64,000 nucleotides of DNA, taken from contig NC_088860.1 in NCBI RefSeq assembly GCF_963853765.1, positions 2,170,001 through 2,234,000 on the forward strand, read 5' to 3'. Both the position numbers and the translations under genes were made by a program. Below the pieces are notes generated by a model that searched no databases, was not told the origin of the DNA, and worked only from the letters and a program-made list of their open reading frames with translations. This DNA is from Magallana gigas (taxonomy: Eukaryota). Position 1 is the first letter of the stretch, and each line of letters starts with the position of its first letter. Below, one piece after another: positions 11,601 through 25,702 of the stretch.

Positions 11601-12670
11601 ATCATAAAGTCCATTTTTTAGCATTTTGGACTCATGTTACCCCTGGATTTGATGCTTTATCTTACAAAATAAAGGATTTCAACGTATACATTGTACCCCC
11701 GGTATGTTGGGTATCTATAAGCTGTAATAAACCATATGTTTCTAGCAGATCTAGAGCTATGACACCATTGTTGGATGGGACAATTTAAATCGTTTGTGTA
11801 AATAATTATGAATATGTTAAACCTAGATTTTCATTTGTGAAGTAAGAATATGTTTGTATGTATTTAATTGACTATGATACAATAAATTTAACGTTTGAAT
11901 GTAAAATGTTACATAATAGTGTGAAACAGTGTTTTAATTTTCCTTACATGCTTGGTTCGTTGCCGTTATATTGTTTAGAATATTTGAATTTTTCTAAAAC
12001 AGGTTTCCCTAAACGTGGCTAAAAACAGTTCTATCAGAGCGTAAAACTTACCTGAATATGTTATAATTTTTCTATGTTTCAAAATTGGTATATAAGTATA
12101 ACTTGAAATTTTTGTCGGAATCTTTGTTTTCATTATAAAGATCCTATATGGTTAAAACTAAATTATCTACTTCTGTCTCAAATGCTTTTATATACGCTAT
12201 TCCGTGGTACTTGTACTGAGACACCAAACATGTTTCCAAATCCATGTAGTAAAAATCTTATTAAACTCACTGCAAAAAGTGGAGAGCGCATTTTGGCCAA
12301 ACGAAAAGAAACCTAATACCGTAGAGATTATTGGAAAACATTTCAAATCATTTTTTATCTCTGTTTAATTTGAGAACTTGACTTTCATGTAATGTCTTTT
12401 TTTCACGGCATCTGATGTGATCTATGCATAGTCAAAAGTTTGATTATGATTATGTTATCAGTATGATCAATCAGGAGTTCAAAGACAGACATTTACATGT
12501 ACATGAGAGGTAACTCTGTACATATCGCAAAATATGATTTCCCTTTTTGTCCAGTTTTGTATTTAAAGGTTATCTTCGTCTGGCGTAAATTAAAAATGAC
12601 TAGGATTAATTAATTATAAATTTTACACCTGTTTGGTTTAAAAGTAACAGGTCTAATAAAGTATGCTTAA

Positions 12671-13281
12671 AGCTGCTTGGTCCGATTTTATATCAAATTT
12701 TATGCACGCTTTTAAACGATGGCTATGCTTAGCATATGTATAGTAATAGACATTGCAGTAGTTTTACCCGTCAATTATGCCAAATTTCAATGAAGAAAAA
12801 TACGTACAAAATTTGCTAACAAAACAAACGACATTAAAAGGTACCGCGTTATTTCGCCTCATGTTAAATTTCACCCCTGACGACGAGACGGGTATGGTTG
12901 TATTATGACTTTTACACCGCTTCAAATAAAGGTCGAAATGATCAGACAAATTAAAAATAAACATGTGTACGTTTTGTTCGCTAATATTTCCAAAGTCTGC
13001 TTTCTTTACAATCGATGCATAGCATGCTGATTGAATAACCCCAATCATTCGGGGGACGAAACCAAGCGGTGTCCTTTATAAACATTCCCGTGATGCATTT
13101 TGGTTTGTTTTTTCGTTTGCCCAAACAGAAATTATTTTTATTTACTTTGAATATTTCTAACTTTGAAAGGAGACTGATTCTGCTGGTGTAAATAGGAGAA
13201 AGTTCATAACTTTCTTAGATAAATGATTTGTATGGAAAAAAAATTGATACTGTAATTACAAAAAAATCGGACCAAGCAGCT
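12671..13281. mobile_element. Kolobok-like non-autonomous DNA transposon
   Basis: TIRs AGCTGCTTGGTCCGATTTT / AAAATCGGACCAAGCAGCT with a TTAA duplication (12667-12670, 13282-13285). Empty site GCTTAATAAATGAACC in U2 near 29743. RR...YY ends with a TTAA TSD fit Kolobok. Confidence 0.75.
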
Positions 13282-14317
13282 TTAATAAATGAACCTTTAT
13301 AATATATGTCTGTGAGAGAGATTTTTAAGAGCAATGTCAGACAGAGTAAAAGTTCAAAATTTGGAGTCCTTTCCTCAGATAAAGGGAAACAACAGCTGCA
13401 GCAAATGTAGACATTCCGGATAAACTGCTCAAAGCCAATTGAGGATGAAAGTGCGGGATTTCCAAATATAGCTTCTTGTATGTTAAAGACAATATTTACA
13501 ATATTTTCTGTCTCAAAAAATGTCAGATTATGACAAGTATAGTTTATAATTAAAAACTAGTTTTAAAATATTGTATAGGAACAGGAAATGATTCAATGTG
13601 TTCAACTGAGCGAAGCAAAATAGAGTATAAATGAATTTCTTTTCTTTCTTTTTTTTAAATTGAAGTTATAAGTTTGGTTGGTTCTAACCGGGATCTATTT
13701 GATTTTCGGACTGCCAGCATTACACCGAGATTATTTTGTTATGTTTTTTTTAGATAAAGGTTATTATTTTATTTATCGTAGGCAGGCATTTGCTAAAGGA
13801 CTATTTAAAAAAAAATATATCGGTAACTGTAATCATTCGACAAAAGTTGGCCAACGACTTTCAAGTTTTCCTTAATTTCTAGCTTTAATTTTTCTTCTGT
13901 TTTATGAGTTTTTGTAAAAAATCATCATTTTTAAGATAAAACTTGTAATCTAAACCAAAAAAGAAGGCTATTTCTTTCACTAATTCAATGATTACCTTAT
14001 GTATATCCATTCAACATAAAGAAAGAGTAGAACAATGAAACACAAGTTTATATATATCTTTTATCGTAAAAACAATCTCCGTATTAACGAGATAATTAAC
14101 TCGTAATAACGATATCTTTTCTCGTCATAACAAAATTATTAACTTGCAATTGTAATAACGATATTGTTTGTTCCCATTTTGCACACATTAGAAAACAGGA
14201 ATCGAAAAAATGTGTGCGAACCGGGACCAGGTGAGTTAATTGATATAGTCTATATTACAGTTCCTGTGAAGAAAATTAACAATAGAATAAATAAACCATA
14301 TTACTGGTAATTGATAT

Positions 14318-14662
14318 TATATAAATAGTGCCTGTTTGGGAGGGTAACAGTTGAAATTGACACCCCGAGAAAACCATTGTCAACCGACGCGAAGCGGAGG
14401 TTGACAATGGTTTTCGAGGGGTGTCAATTTCAACTGTTACCCTCCCAAACAGGCACTATTTATTTTGTTATACTGAATGTCTTAATTTTTAAGAAAATAA
14501 CGTGAATTCTACAGCGAACCGTACGCGCATAATTTTCGCGCATGTAACATTTTTTAATGTTACCCGTTGCTAAGTGCGTTGCTAACGCTGAGGGTAATAG
14601 TAAATATTATTAACTGCGTCTTAACCAATCAGATTTCAGTATTTAACATGAAAGTATAACAA
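14318..14662. mobile_element. 345-bp element with a 141-bp near-perfect palindrome
   Basis: Arms 14322-14385 and 14399-14462 (TAAATAGTGCCTGTTTGGGAGGGTAACAG...) around a CGCGAAGCG mini-hairpin. It is precisely absent in U2 (GATAT|TTACATTT near 30813). Confidence 0.7.
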
Positions 14663-14733
14663 TTACATTTATTTTATGTTACAATATAAGTTGCATAAAA
14701 GCACATTTACATAATAATTGAAATCCATGTTCT

Positions 14734-14890
14734 TGAATATAATTTCATACATTACATTGGTCATAACCATTTTCATTTAGTTCTTCAAACTATATAATGA
14801 TTATTCCGAAAATTTTGTACATGTGAATATAATTTCATACATCAAATTGGTCATGAACATTTTCATTTAGTTCTTCAAAATATATATATC
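14734..14890 (+). repeat. 90-bp minisatellite, about 1.7 units
   Basis: TGAATATAATTTCATACAT...TTTTGTACATG; same unit as the array at 30884-31410. Confidence 0.7.
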
Positions 14891-14932
14891 AATGAAATAA
14901 CATTTGAATCGCTTGGAAATAGACTTAGTGAA

Positions 14933-17400
14933 TTGGAATACATATGTGGACTCAACGACACTGTAAGTGAAAAAACTGATTATGTTACGCTGGATTTGTT
15001 AGATTCGAGTTTAGGCCTAAGTGTACAGTCTGTATATGAAAACCTCGAACTTGTAACGTTACCACCTGCTGGTATGCCCGATGTTGAAAGGGAAACCGTG
15101 AAGACACACAAGAAGATTCTACATTTGAGTTTGTAAAGGGCCTTCAAAATACCAATACGCGTAGAAAAATTGAATTTGACTTGAGGAAATTTAACGATTA
15201 CCTAACGAAGAACGGTGAACACAGAAACCCGGAGGAAATTCCGGTTTATGACCTGGATATGCATTTGGCAAGATTCTTCATGAATGCAAAGAAAGCAAGC
15301 GGCGAGGATTATGAACCCGACACGTTAAAGTCTATCCAAGGGAGTGTGAACCGTTATTTGGCTGAGAAGAAGTTGAACATTAACATCATTACGGATAAGG
15401 AGTTCAAACATTCTCGCGATATACTTTTGTCAAAACGAAAGTTGCTTCGACAGCTGGGAAAGGGAAATCGTGAAAAACGAGCAGACCCCCTAACGCCAGA
15501 GGAAATTCATCTTCATGAAAAGAATCTTCTTGGAACTGGTAATTTATGATTTAGTTCTGACCCACTAAAACTTATATTTTTTAATGATAAATTGTCAACA
15601 AGAAAAAAATACAAACTCATCAAAAACTCACAATGTCTTTTTCTTTAATAGGCAAACGACTAAAATTGTCTCTGAAATTGTTTTCAGGAGATCCCAAGTC
15701 ACTGATAAATGATTTGTATCTTAGCAACACAATGCATTTTGGAATGAGAAGCAGAGCTGAACATGTCAGTCTCTGATGGGGTGATGTGCAGCAAAAGGTA
15801 TCCTCGACTGGAGAGGAATATTTAGAATATACGCGGGTAGGTTAAGGCAACTCCGAGTTTAATGACCGTTAAAATTATGATCAATTTAAAAACTGTTTAT
15901 TTTTTTTTTTAAACAGTGATGAATATTGATACCGAGTGAAAGTGTTCACCAAGATATTAATTTTCTACTTTGGAATCGACTCGATCTCTGAAGCTGCCGT
16001 GTCATGGTATCACAGTTAAAAATAGATCACTTTTTTACCCTGACAAAAAATCAAAAAGTGTAACACTACCCCGAAGTTCATTTGTATGTTTGCTACAATA
16101 ATTCGATCAGCAATTAGTTCATGTTTATTAGTATTACTGCTAGAATCCTATTGTTAATAGCATAAAATAAATATTGTCATTATTTATCGGAAACCATCTC
16201 TACTTCTATAATTTCATTGAAAATACTACGTATTTTTCATTTACAACAACAAAGCACAGGATTCTAGCAGCACTTTTCAAGTAGTTTAGGTCATATACTG
16301 TTGATATTTATCAAAGTCATCTTTCATAATATCCGGGGTAGTGTTACACTTTTGCCTTTTTTTGTACACACTGACAGAGGAAAGGATGGTCTAGCCCTTT
16401 AAACGTCGATCTGCTTACCTTATAACACTCGGTGATAAAACAAAACATCCATGCCTGTATTATCCTGATTATATCCTAACTGACACTTATCTAAGTCTTA
16501 GGTATCTGTATCAAATAAGTCATTGTTTACACTGCATTCCGATGATTTGTCTCCCGACATGATCGTCTCTATTAAACATGCTTGTGACGTCATCAATGAT
16601 AATTATACGTAATACAGAGAAATCAAAGATATATTCAGTTAGAAGAGTTTCTATAGATATTTTATGCCTGTAGTTTTTATAAGTTAAACCAGGGATAAAG
16701 TTTAAATCGACATGTTTCTGAGTAAAATATGATACCATGCTGCTTATTGTGACGTCATATCGATCAGAGGAATTTTTACTCAATCGATCGCTGAGAGTTG
16801 CCTTATCATACCTGCGTAGAGAGAGATCAACAAAGACAAGAACTAGGGTCACAAGTGATAGTCGGAGTTTTGTACCAAAGATGTTTGAAAATAGAGGAAC
16901 ATATTGCCAGATTTATGAAAACTTTATTTGTTAACCTGAGATTTATTCCTGAAACCTGAATAGTTTGAATGTTGCATAGATTAGTGTATGGCTCTCTATA
17001 CATAAACTACATATTATATGCTTTTGTCGTTCAAGATAATCTGTGATGCCCTGTTTTAGCGTATAAAGAGTTTGCCAGGAAAAGACCAGAACAGATGAAC
17101 AACCCCGAGTCGCCATTTTACTTAGGAGTTTCAAAGCACCCTGAAAAAGCTTGGTATGTCAACCAACCAATGGGAAAGAATACGATTGGCAACATTGTGA
17201 AGGTCACGTGTAAGGCAGGGGGAATCCAAGGAAGAAAAGTTAACCACAGTGCAAGGACGACAGCCATTAGTTCCCTAGTATATGCTGGTGCCCCCCCCCC
17301 CCCCAACCATAATTCAGCAGCTGTCCGGCCATAAGAATGTTTACTCTATTAATAATTACAGCACTGCCTCCAATGAAAAACAGAGGCACATGTCTTCTAT
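14933..17400 (+). pseudogene. Crypton-type (DUF3504-like) tyrosine recombinase fossil with introns
   Basis: Fragments in order: LARFFMNAKKASGEDYEPDTLKS; intron 15539-15687; HFGMRSRAEH (catalytic R); ERSTKTR...FVPKMF; CPVLAYKEFARKRP...ESPFYL; NHSARTT (HxxR); LSGHKN; SINNYS (catalytic Y). Disrupted by TGA stops, a poly-C frameshift and a MITE. Confidence 0.85.
15832..16816. mobile_element. TA-flanked TIR element inserted in the Crypton coding sequence
   Basis: TA|CGCGGGTAGGTTAAGGCAACT ... AGTTGCCTTATCATACCTGCG|TA. Removing it rejoins EYLEY to RERSTKTR. It contains an inner 20-bp inverted repeat (16054-16073 / 16334-16353). Confidence 0.7.
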
Positions 17401-19405
17401 TTAATTCTTACAAACTATTCATCTAGTTGCTCGGAACCACCAGTCACAGCATTCGACAGTTCCTCTTCATCCCTTGATAAATATAGCTCAGCTCTGCCGT
17501 CCACCAGTGTGGTGCCTTCATCAAACACTGACGACATCATTCATCAAACACTGACTGAAATAAGTTCTTATGAAAATCAACCCATAATGAAAGAGCATGT
17601 CTTTGGCAATTTTAGGGGGGGGGGGGCAATATTTCTGGCAATGTTATATTTAACTTCTCTTCCAAACAACCAAAATCCCTTAAGAGATGTAGAGTCATCT
17701 ACAGTGATTCAGAGTCAGATTAAGAAAAAGGAACTAGATCTGTGATATCTTGTAAATATGTTCAAATATTAAAAGTGAAGTTGTGTTATAGATATAACTG
17801 TGATATTTTCTTTGTTATAAAATTTTGTTATTGTCAAAAAATATGAAAGATTATTTGTGTTCAAATTGTCTGTTAAGTTTACCAGTAATGTGTTAAATTT
17901 TGTATTTATACATGTATCATATTGTTAAAAATGAAATTTGAATCATTTATGTTCATAAGAAAAAGGAACTGGGTCTGTTATATCTTGTAAATATGTTCAA
18001 ATATTAAAAGTTATGTTGTTTTATAGCTATAAATGTGATATTTTTTTTGTTTTTAAAGTTGTTTATTGTTAAACAATTTGAAAGATTATCTGTGTCCAAA
18101 TGATCTCTTAAGTTGCTGTTTGTTATAATTGTGTTACATGTTGTCTTTATACATGTATCATATTGTACAATGCCTTTTTAATCACTCAGATCCAGAACAG
18201 CTGTCGAACTGCGCAGGTACAGACTTATTTGAGGATTTAAAAATATGAAAAAATATGAAGGGGGCTCTTAAAAATGAAATATCATTTATGTCCATATTCT
18301 CTGTTTTAAGTTGTTGTTATTAAACAAACTAAATTGTTAATCTAAATTGTTTTTGTTTTCTGTATGTTATTAGTCAGTATGTAATGAATATAATAATACA
18401 TGCCCTTCGGCCCTCCGGCTGATATTAGAATCTCTGGCTGATACAGGGTGTGCTATGGAAAAGGGTATGTAATATTCTCTATGTATTGATAACTGTTGAA
18501 TTCAATATCTAAACCACCGAGCTTGTTGGGCAAGTAAGTAACAGCCAACCAAAGCATTAGCCATGATGAACCACTAAGTATGAGTGATAATTTTGCAGAA
18601 AGTAACACTTTTTTATACTGAATGTTATTTATGTTCCAAAATATAGTCACCTTATTACTTGATACATGAAATAAATTATAATGATTATTAATTATTCTTC
18701 ATTATTAATCGTCAATGAGATACAGTCATTTGGAGGCATTTTGAATCGCATCGCGACCATCGGACGTTTGAAGTGTCATATGAGATGTATTAAAATAAAA
18801 ACTACCTTATAGTCATACGTCATCAATTTAAGTTAGAATAGAAAAATATCATTCATTAATATTAATTATAATTCTTTTTTCTTTGCTTAAATTAATGGAG
18901 GAAATTTGTCAAAAACACTGTTGAATATTTTTCATTTATGCTGTGGCGTCAATAATCGAAAGAAATTGTGTGAACTGTGTGTTGACAAATCGGCAATTTT
19001 ATATGTTTCAAGAACTGTAAAGATTTTTTACAAAAACAATCAAATGTAGACCCAATTCATGCATTTTCAACCCTCTTCATTTGGGGTATATAAAATCAAT
19101 ATCAAAAATATTATTTTTGTCGTAATGTTTTGTGCCAGTTAAGCTACTAATTTGAAATGATACAGAGTGACCCGCAATATATTACTGCTGTGATGTCGTA
19201 AGAACTACTGTCAAAATCGCTACATCAAAGATTGAAATATTTTGTGACAGTGACAAATTAAGATATGCTTCCTTCAGTGACGTTTAAGCTGTTTTCCTTA
19301 CATAATATCCTTTCTATTTATATCAAACAAGTAAATATAAACACGCGATTTACATATTTTGTAACTACATTGTAAAAAGAGATTCGGAAAACCTTAATTA
19401 CTAAT

Positions 19406-19617
19406 ACTGTGCCGGATAATTATGCCAGTGCCAAGGTGGCATTTTTGCACCCGCTTAAGATGCAATTTCGGAAAAATCCATGTATACCAAATGATAGACC
19501 ATTGTCTTAAGAGTATAAAACCACTTTTGTATTTAGTGTGTTTCACCTGATAGGTGAGATATTTACCTTTAAAAATTAATATCCCATCGGAAAATGATAA
19601 TTCCCATAGGAGAATTG
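19406..19617. mobile_element. Left fragment of the ACTGTGCCGG MITE, right part deleted
   Basis: Matches 55865 onward, then jumps to sequence found near 56810 in U3. Confidence 0.65.
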
Positions 19618-20084
19618 ACAGTTAACTTAAGTAATTCTATGCCATTTTATGATTCTAATGTGTTCTTTTTTTACATTCACGTTCTCTATGTAAGAAAAAT
19701 TTCAATAACGTAAACAATAAAATATTATATTTTGACATTTCCCTTTCCTTTTAATTACAAGTGAAAATGTTAGGAACCATCACCATATCTGAAGTTAAAA
19801 AGCGTTTAATTTTAGGATTATTGCTTATAAAAATTAATACAACGTGCATCTATCTAGGGAGTATTGTTTAAACTTAACTGATCTATCTGAGAAAGGACGA
19901 AATGGCACTTAATGCACTTCCCCAATCACATGGCTTAATATGACAATGGTTTAAAGTATCCCCATATCGTTTCAATGATTACTATACATAAAAAACACTT
20001 ATGGTAAAACGGAAAAACAATATACAACAATTGGCTCAGCCATTTGAGCTGAGGATTTTGGATAAAATAAACCATGACAAAACA

Positions 20085-23053
20085 ATGTCTGGTGTAGTTT
20101 TATTTTTAATTTTCTGCGTGTTCTGTCCTCGGAGTGTTTATCTTTCGTCGGAGATAGGAATTTGTTCGTAAGTTGTTTTCTTAACTTTACTCTGTTAATA
20201 TGTTTTATTAATTACCAAAACCATGTCAGCAACAATAAGCAAAACTGTAACACGTATGAATATCTACGTGTTAATTCAGCAACAAGTCCGGGCTTACCAG
20301 TAACGGGTAATGTAACACTGATAAATACGAAATTTTTGTCAACAGATGACTTGCGTTTAATTTCATTGTTTAGCTTTCTAACCTGATATAGGAAGTCTTT
20401 AATCGCTGTACATTATAAGTATGTCATTTAATTATGTAAAATGACTGTACATATATTCTCTGAGATCATTTATCGGGTCAAATTAAATTGTTCCTTATCT
20501 TCTTCCTTATATGTACACATTCAGAAGCAAAGGTTCCGTCATCTGATCGCAAAAATAAATCCTTTTTTTTTTTTTTTTAGAAATTCTCCTAAAAGTTTGA
20601 GAATTCATAATGTAATAATTTCAAAATGTAAAATTTAAATACACGGGTACATATATGAGTCAATGTGTCACAATTTGGAAAAATTGTCAATGTATTGAAT
20701 ACTACAGGTCTATACTATATATTCTCTTTGTGATTTTAGTCTTTAACATGTTATTTTTGTTTCAAATTGAATGTATATTGTCTTTGATTTTTTTTTTATA
20801 AATTAAATTGACAATGATAAGTTCAAGTTCCTTAGGATTTCTTTGGACCTGGTTTTTGTTTTTGATTTTTTTTTTTTTATAAATTAAATTGACAATGATA
20901 AGTCCAAGTTCCTTAGGATTTCTTTGGACATTTGTTTATTGTTAATTGCCTATGAAACGAACGGAATTTTGAAATATATCTGGAACATATTTGCAGTATC
21001 TTAATGACTGACAGTGTAAATATACCGACTTTTATGATATGAATCAATTTTCAGAAAAACCAATTCTGCCATCAAGTGTTGTAATAATTACAAGTTGAAT
21101 GAAAAAGGAACCGGATGTGTCGGTGAGTAACATGTATTTCTGACTAATTCAAAAATTTGGACATCGCCCGATTAATGTTTACTTACCAATTCTTTTTGTT
21201 GACCTTTATTGTGAGTAAACGTTGATGAATTAATTGGTATGTGCAAAAGTCTCCCTAAATCTTAAGAGGGGTCGATTCGTGTGACCATCAGTTTAATCTA
21301 TTTGACCTGACTATTCAACATTTATATTCAAGATGTATGGATTTTTTTCCTTTACTAAATAATAGTTTATGGCAATAAATCTCGTGTCTAACAATTTAAG
21401 GTAGTTCTAATGTCAATTGGTATTATGTTGACCAGCTAGCTTCCTTAAAATTGTGTGGTTATTGCTTTCCTAAAAGTGATCCCGACTCTTTGCAGAGTGT
21501 GACCCTGGGTTCTTCGGAGACTGTAATACGCCGTGTCCTCCGGGCCGGTATGGTCAACTTTGTGAAACAGAATGTCTGTGTCAGGTCCAAGAGTGTCATC
21601 ACGTGACAGGTTGTGTGAATGGTAAGGGAGAGTGGATGAAACCATCTGTGTTTATATAATATTTATATGTCTATTATTTGTGATAGTTCACATAGATTTA
21701 CATGATTTTATTTTGATGGTCAGGGTAAGCGTACGATGTCATTTGTATTTTTTTTGTGTACATACTTGCTCGGTGTGTGACAGTACGCATTTATTCATAA
21801 AGAGCTGTTTTATTCAGTAGAAGCATGAGGTCAAATATGAAATTTTCACGGGAGTCCTTTTCTCATTTTTACATTTACTCGAAGAATTTTTATTATCTAC
21901 TGCTCAAAGTTTTGAAAAACATAGTTTGATACGAAACAGCTACACATATTTGATAAGAGTGTAACAAACTATTTACTATACTCACTTCTTGTTGGTTGCC
22001 TCATTGTTTGTTTATACTTTTTCAGCCGTATTGATAGCTTAAGTGTGGTTAGATGTTAGATCTATACCAAGTCTTTTGTTTTGCATTCTTTCAAAGAAAT
22101 CAAATGAGTAACATTTTCAACTTCTCACAACACGACAATTTTATAAATCCTTAAATTTAAATTAAAAATGTGGCTCATTACTCATTCACCAGGAAATAAA
22201 TATCGATATTTATAGAATTAGATTTGTTTTTCTGATGAAGTTACATGTAATGAAAATTATTATTTATTGATATGGACCATACTGATACCATCTTAATTTT
22301 TGTTGCAGTTATCACTCAAACATCGGCTTCCTCGGGAGGGAATTGTACGTCGTAAGTATGTTGATATTACTCGTAGGTTAACGAATATGGCATTACACAA
22401 AAGTTTTCCAAAGTAATGGTTGATGTATATCACACTTCCTTGAAGTTGATTCTTTGTCACTAGCAGACGTATGTAGGGATAACTTAATGTTACATACAGC
22501 CTTGAACAGAGAACTTGCAAATAACAATCTTAAATTCATGGATTTTCCATTGAGACGGTATTTTTATTTGAAGAGAGAATGACTTGAGATTAGAATATTA
22601 AATCGTGGAATGACATTAACCAATGCGCTAGTCTGCAAAAAGCAAACATTTCAGCAGCCAAAGATTTATTTTTTGATGGAAACTCATTATATTTGTTATA
22701 ACATGTTATTTTGTAGGAGAAGTAAAAATGGATGCTGTATAAATTACCGCCGGGACAATATAACCAACACATGCATAGGTATAACTCAAATACATTTAAT
22801 CATCTTTCACTGAAATGTAAAACAATTTGAGAGGTGCAAAATACTATCAGAATAACAATACATGTAATTGTTTTTAAATAAATCTCGGAAAAAAACAGTG
22901 AATTCTATTCCATGTCTTATTTAGTGTGCCCGGATGGATGGTACAGCGAAGACTGTCGTGACCGATGTCCGTATCCTTTCTACGGACATAAATGTGGATC
23001 CATTTGTGATTGTAGTAAAGAGACTTGTGACTACGTGACCGGATGTTACAACA
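20085..23053 (+). CDS. MEGF10/CED-1-like receptor ectodomain cassette 1 (exons 20085-20167, 21055-21122, 21496-21621, 22309-22351, 22717-22778, 22925-23053)
   Basis: All junctions are GT-AG and in phase (2,1,1,2,1,1) with no stops. Signal-peptide-like MSGVVLFLIFCVFCPRSVYLS, then KCCNNYKLNEKGTGCV, ECDPGFFGDC...CHHVTGC, GCCINYRRDNITNTC, VCPDGWYSEDC...CDYVTGC. Read-through of the last donor stops at 23100 (185 aa). Confidence 0.8.
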
Positions 23054-23929
23054 GTAATTCTTCTAAGACAACAATTGGCAGTCAAATCAGAAAATTTTAA
23101 TTTTTTATAGTTAAGAAAGAACTCATTTTTTTCAAGGTTCGCTTGTCCCACTCATGTACGACCTTTTTGTATTATATCAGCTGTCACCACATTGAAATAG
23201 TTCTATAGCCACAGAGTTCCTCACTTAACCATATGTTAGATTTGTTTCCTTGTCATTCACACTTGTTCTGCTTTGCACATTATTTTTTAAACTCTATGCT
23301 AAACAAATCGCTTATTGAAAAAAGAAATTATGGTCTTGCAAGTTCCATGCTTAACTGCCAAAAACGATCCGAGTGTATACATGTTTTACACGTGGTACTG
23401 TAGATATAAGGACAGTATATTGGGAAGGAAGTTTAAAATCAAAATCATTTAAGGCCACATGGGTTGTTTACATTCTGTCTTGCTTCTTCTGGTCTTCTGA
23501 CCATGGGGCATAAAACTTGGTCTAAGTTTAAAGGTCTGCGGGCCTGTATTCTTCTAAGGACAATTGTAGTATGTTTCAAAATATTAAGTTATCGGTATTA
23601 CAAATAGCGTTTGCTTTCTCTATCAGTATAAACAAGAATTTATTAATGTTTTGTAACGTACATGTAAATGTTTGTGTTATTAAGATAATACTTTATGGCA
23701 AAAATATTGTGTCATCAAAATATGATGAACTCGACATTTCAATTATAATAATTGATTCAACGACATCTATATATCATGAAGCCTAAATATGTGTGTAAGT
23801 GATATCATCTTTTTTACGGCTTAGTACAGTGAATCATCAATAAGTGAAACGTGGAATGAGGTTGTTAAGTATCGTTCGGATCCTTTCTTTGTCGTACAAC
23901 TTTATACCTTGTTTTAATTGAGACCACAG

Positions 23930-24859
23930 GTGCTTGAGTACAGGATCGACCCCTTCGCCCTTTCAACCCCCTCCCCCTTTTCAACCCCCACCCCCAAGTA
24001 TAAAGTATAAAGACCCCGGCACTTTACTCTTTTTAAAAATTAAATTATCCTTTTATATCATATTTTTAATCTAATTTATTTATTAACTGCCCTAAATTAA
24101 CAAATTAAAACATTTTTAAAGATAACTCGTAACATTAATTTCTTGATTTTCTCTTTTATGTCTTCAATTGTAATGCACTCAGTGTGAGTGCCTTCTTTTA
24201 GATTTTCCAGTATCCAAGACGATAAAAAAAGTTTTCAGTTCTTCGCGGCTTGATTAGAATTCATACTTCTAATGAATTGTACATTTCGAGTTTGCCATTT
24301 CGTAAATCTTTTACCTTTTCATTGTTCTCGTGTACACGCCGAACACTTATCTGTTTATGAGCGGAATTATCTTCCTTGCGATAAACCCTCTCTTCCGTTT
24401 ATTCTAGATACTAGCAACTTGTCGGTGAAAAGTGTCCTAATTTCCCCGGAAATGAAATTAATAAAAAATGTAATAAAATGTACCTGTAAATGTAATTTAA
24501 CGGGCATGGCATGCAGATATTTAGTGAAGGGAATTATCGGGCTACGACATGAGGTCACATTTTTTACTGGTAGATGTAGTTTGATAGTACATTTCAACAA
24601 ATATTCATCGGCAGTGCCTCTCGGCTGGCAGACTAAGTTCGCCACCTTCTTGTATTAGAGTGAATATATGTAGAGGTTTAATTAGGGTTCTTTTAGAGGG
24701 TTTTAGGTAATTTTGTGCAATAAATGTGTAAATTAGATTAGAAATATGTCATACAAGGCTAATTTGATAAAAAAATAATAATAATAAAATCCTGGCGGGG
24801 GTCTATATACTTGGGGATGGAGGGGGGAGTGGAAGGGGGTCGATCCTGTCCTCAAGCAC
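23930..24859. mobile_element. C-rich/G-rich TIR element (short form)
   Basis: Same TIRs as 5674-7843, without the internal 1.27 kb. Confidence 0.6.
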
Positions 24860-25477
24860 AGTTACTTGCTTATATCCCAACATTAAACATTGCAGTAAAA
24901 ATGATATAATATGTCTTATGAGTTAATTGCAAAACAAAACTCAAAATAAAGATACAAGACATTCCAACGATCGAGATCCTATGATAAAAAATAGTGTTTC
25001 CGCTTAATTTCAATATTTTAAAATAGATCACATTCAAAAGATAACGCCCATAGATCTTAAACAACAAAGATTAATATGTTGTCTTGGATCATAAACAAAC
25101 AAAAACTAAAAAATTGAAAACAAACCGTTGGAATTCGATTAACTTTTATTTGTAAATACGCAGTTAATTATAAGAGAAGAGGATAGATTTATTTTCGTGT
25201 GTATGTGCTTTTATCGCTGAAATCTCCACGAAACTGTAATTATTAACGAAAAAACAACTGTCACGTTGCAAGTTTACATTTGAGGGTCCTGGATGCAAGC
25301 CTCAACACAACTTGTAATTTTTTTCGTCTGGACAAAATCAAAACTGCTCAAATTTACAGACAGAAGGACGCTTGTTAAAGCCAACAACAAGACAATGAGG
25401 TTCGATCGTATTTGTAAGTTTCGTCAACATCAATCGGATTCCAAGTCAGGATTGATTCTGAGTTGGTACATTCGGAA

Positions 25478-25702
25478 TACTGTATACAGGGTTATTTTAT
25501 CCCCTTGTTTATTTTATTTCGTTTTTACTACGTTTGCAAACAATTTTACCCGTCTTAAATTCGCCCAAATGCACTTATTAAAAGAGATATTATTTGCAAC
25601 ATTAGAATTCTCCCATTTTTAAATTCGCCCGCTGACAACGAGGGCAAAAGAGACAAAAATAAAACGAGAAACGGGGGGGGGGGTATTTCCATGTATACAG
25701 TA
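25478..25702. mobile_element. MITE with TACTGTATACA TIRs
   Basis: Paralogue of 8453-8677. Confidence 0.7.

Larger units (their letters stand above)
5395..23655 (+). repeat. Segmental duplication unit U1 (about 18.3 kb)
   Basis: Collinear markers recur in each unit: ORFs at 5309/23571/37588, 9565/26606 (about 40895), 11432/28497 (about 47887), and receptor exons. Boundaries are approximate. Confidence 0.9.

Noticed and set aside
9565-11788. Recurring ORFs MVASFASF (89 aa) and MYIQKQDIF (118 aa) as genes
   Set aside because: They recur only because of recent duplication, are broken in U3 (near 40895 and 47887) and have no recognisable domain.
9540-11800. Possible decayed transposase or other coding relic on the minus strand
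   Set aside because: The region looks less low-complexity than its flanks, but I could not recover any diagnostic motif. A translated search would be needed.
20783-20929. Two-copy repeat of about 65 bp in intron 1 of cassette 1, and a similar two-copy repeat at about 17740-18170
   Set aside because: Ordinary local slippage duplications with no sign of function.
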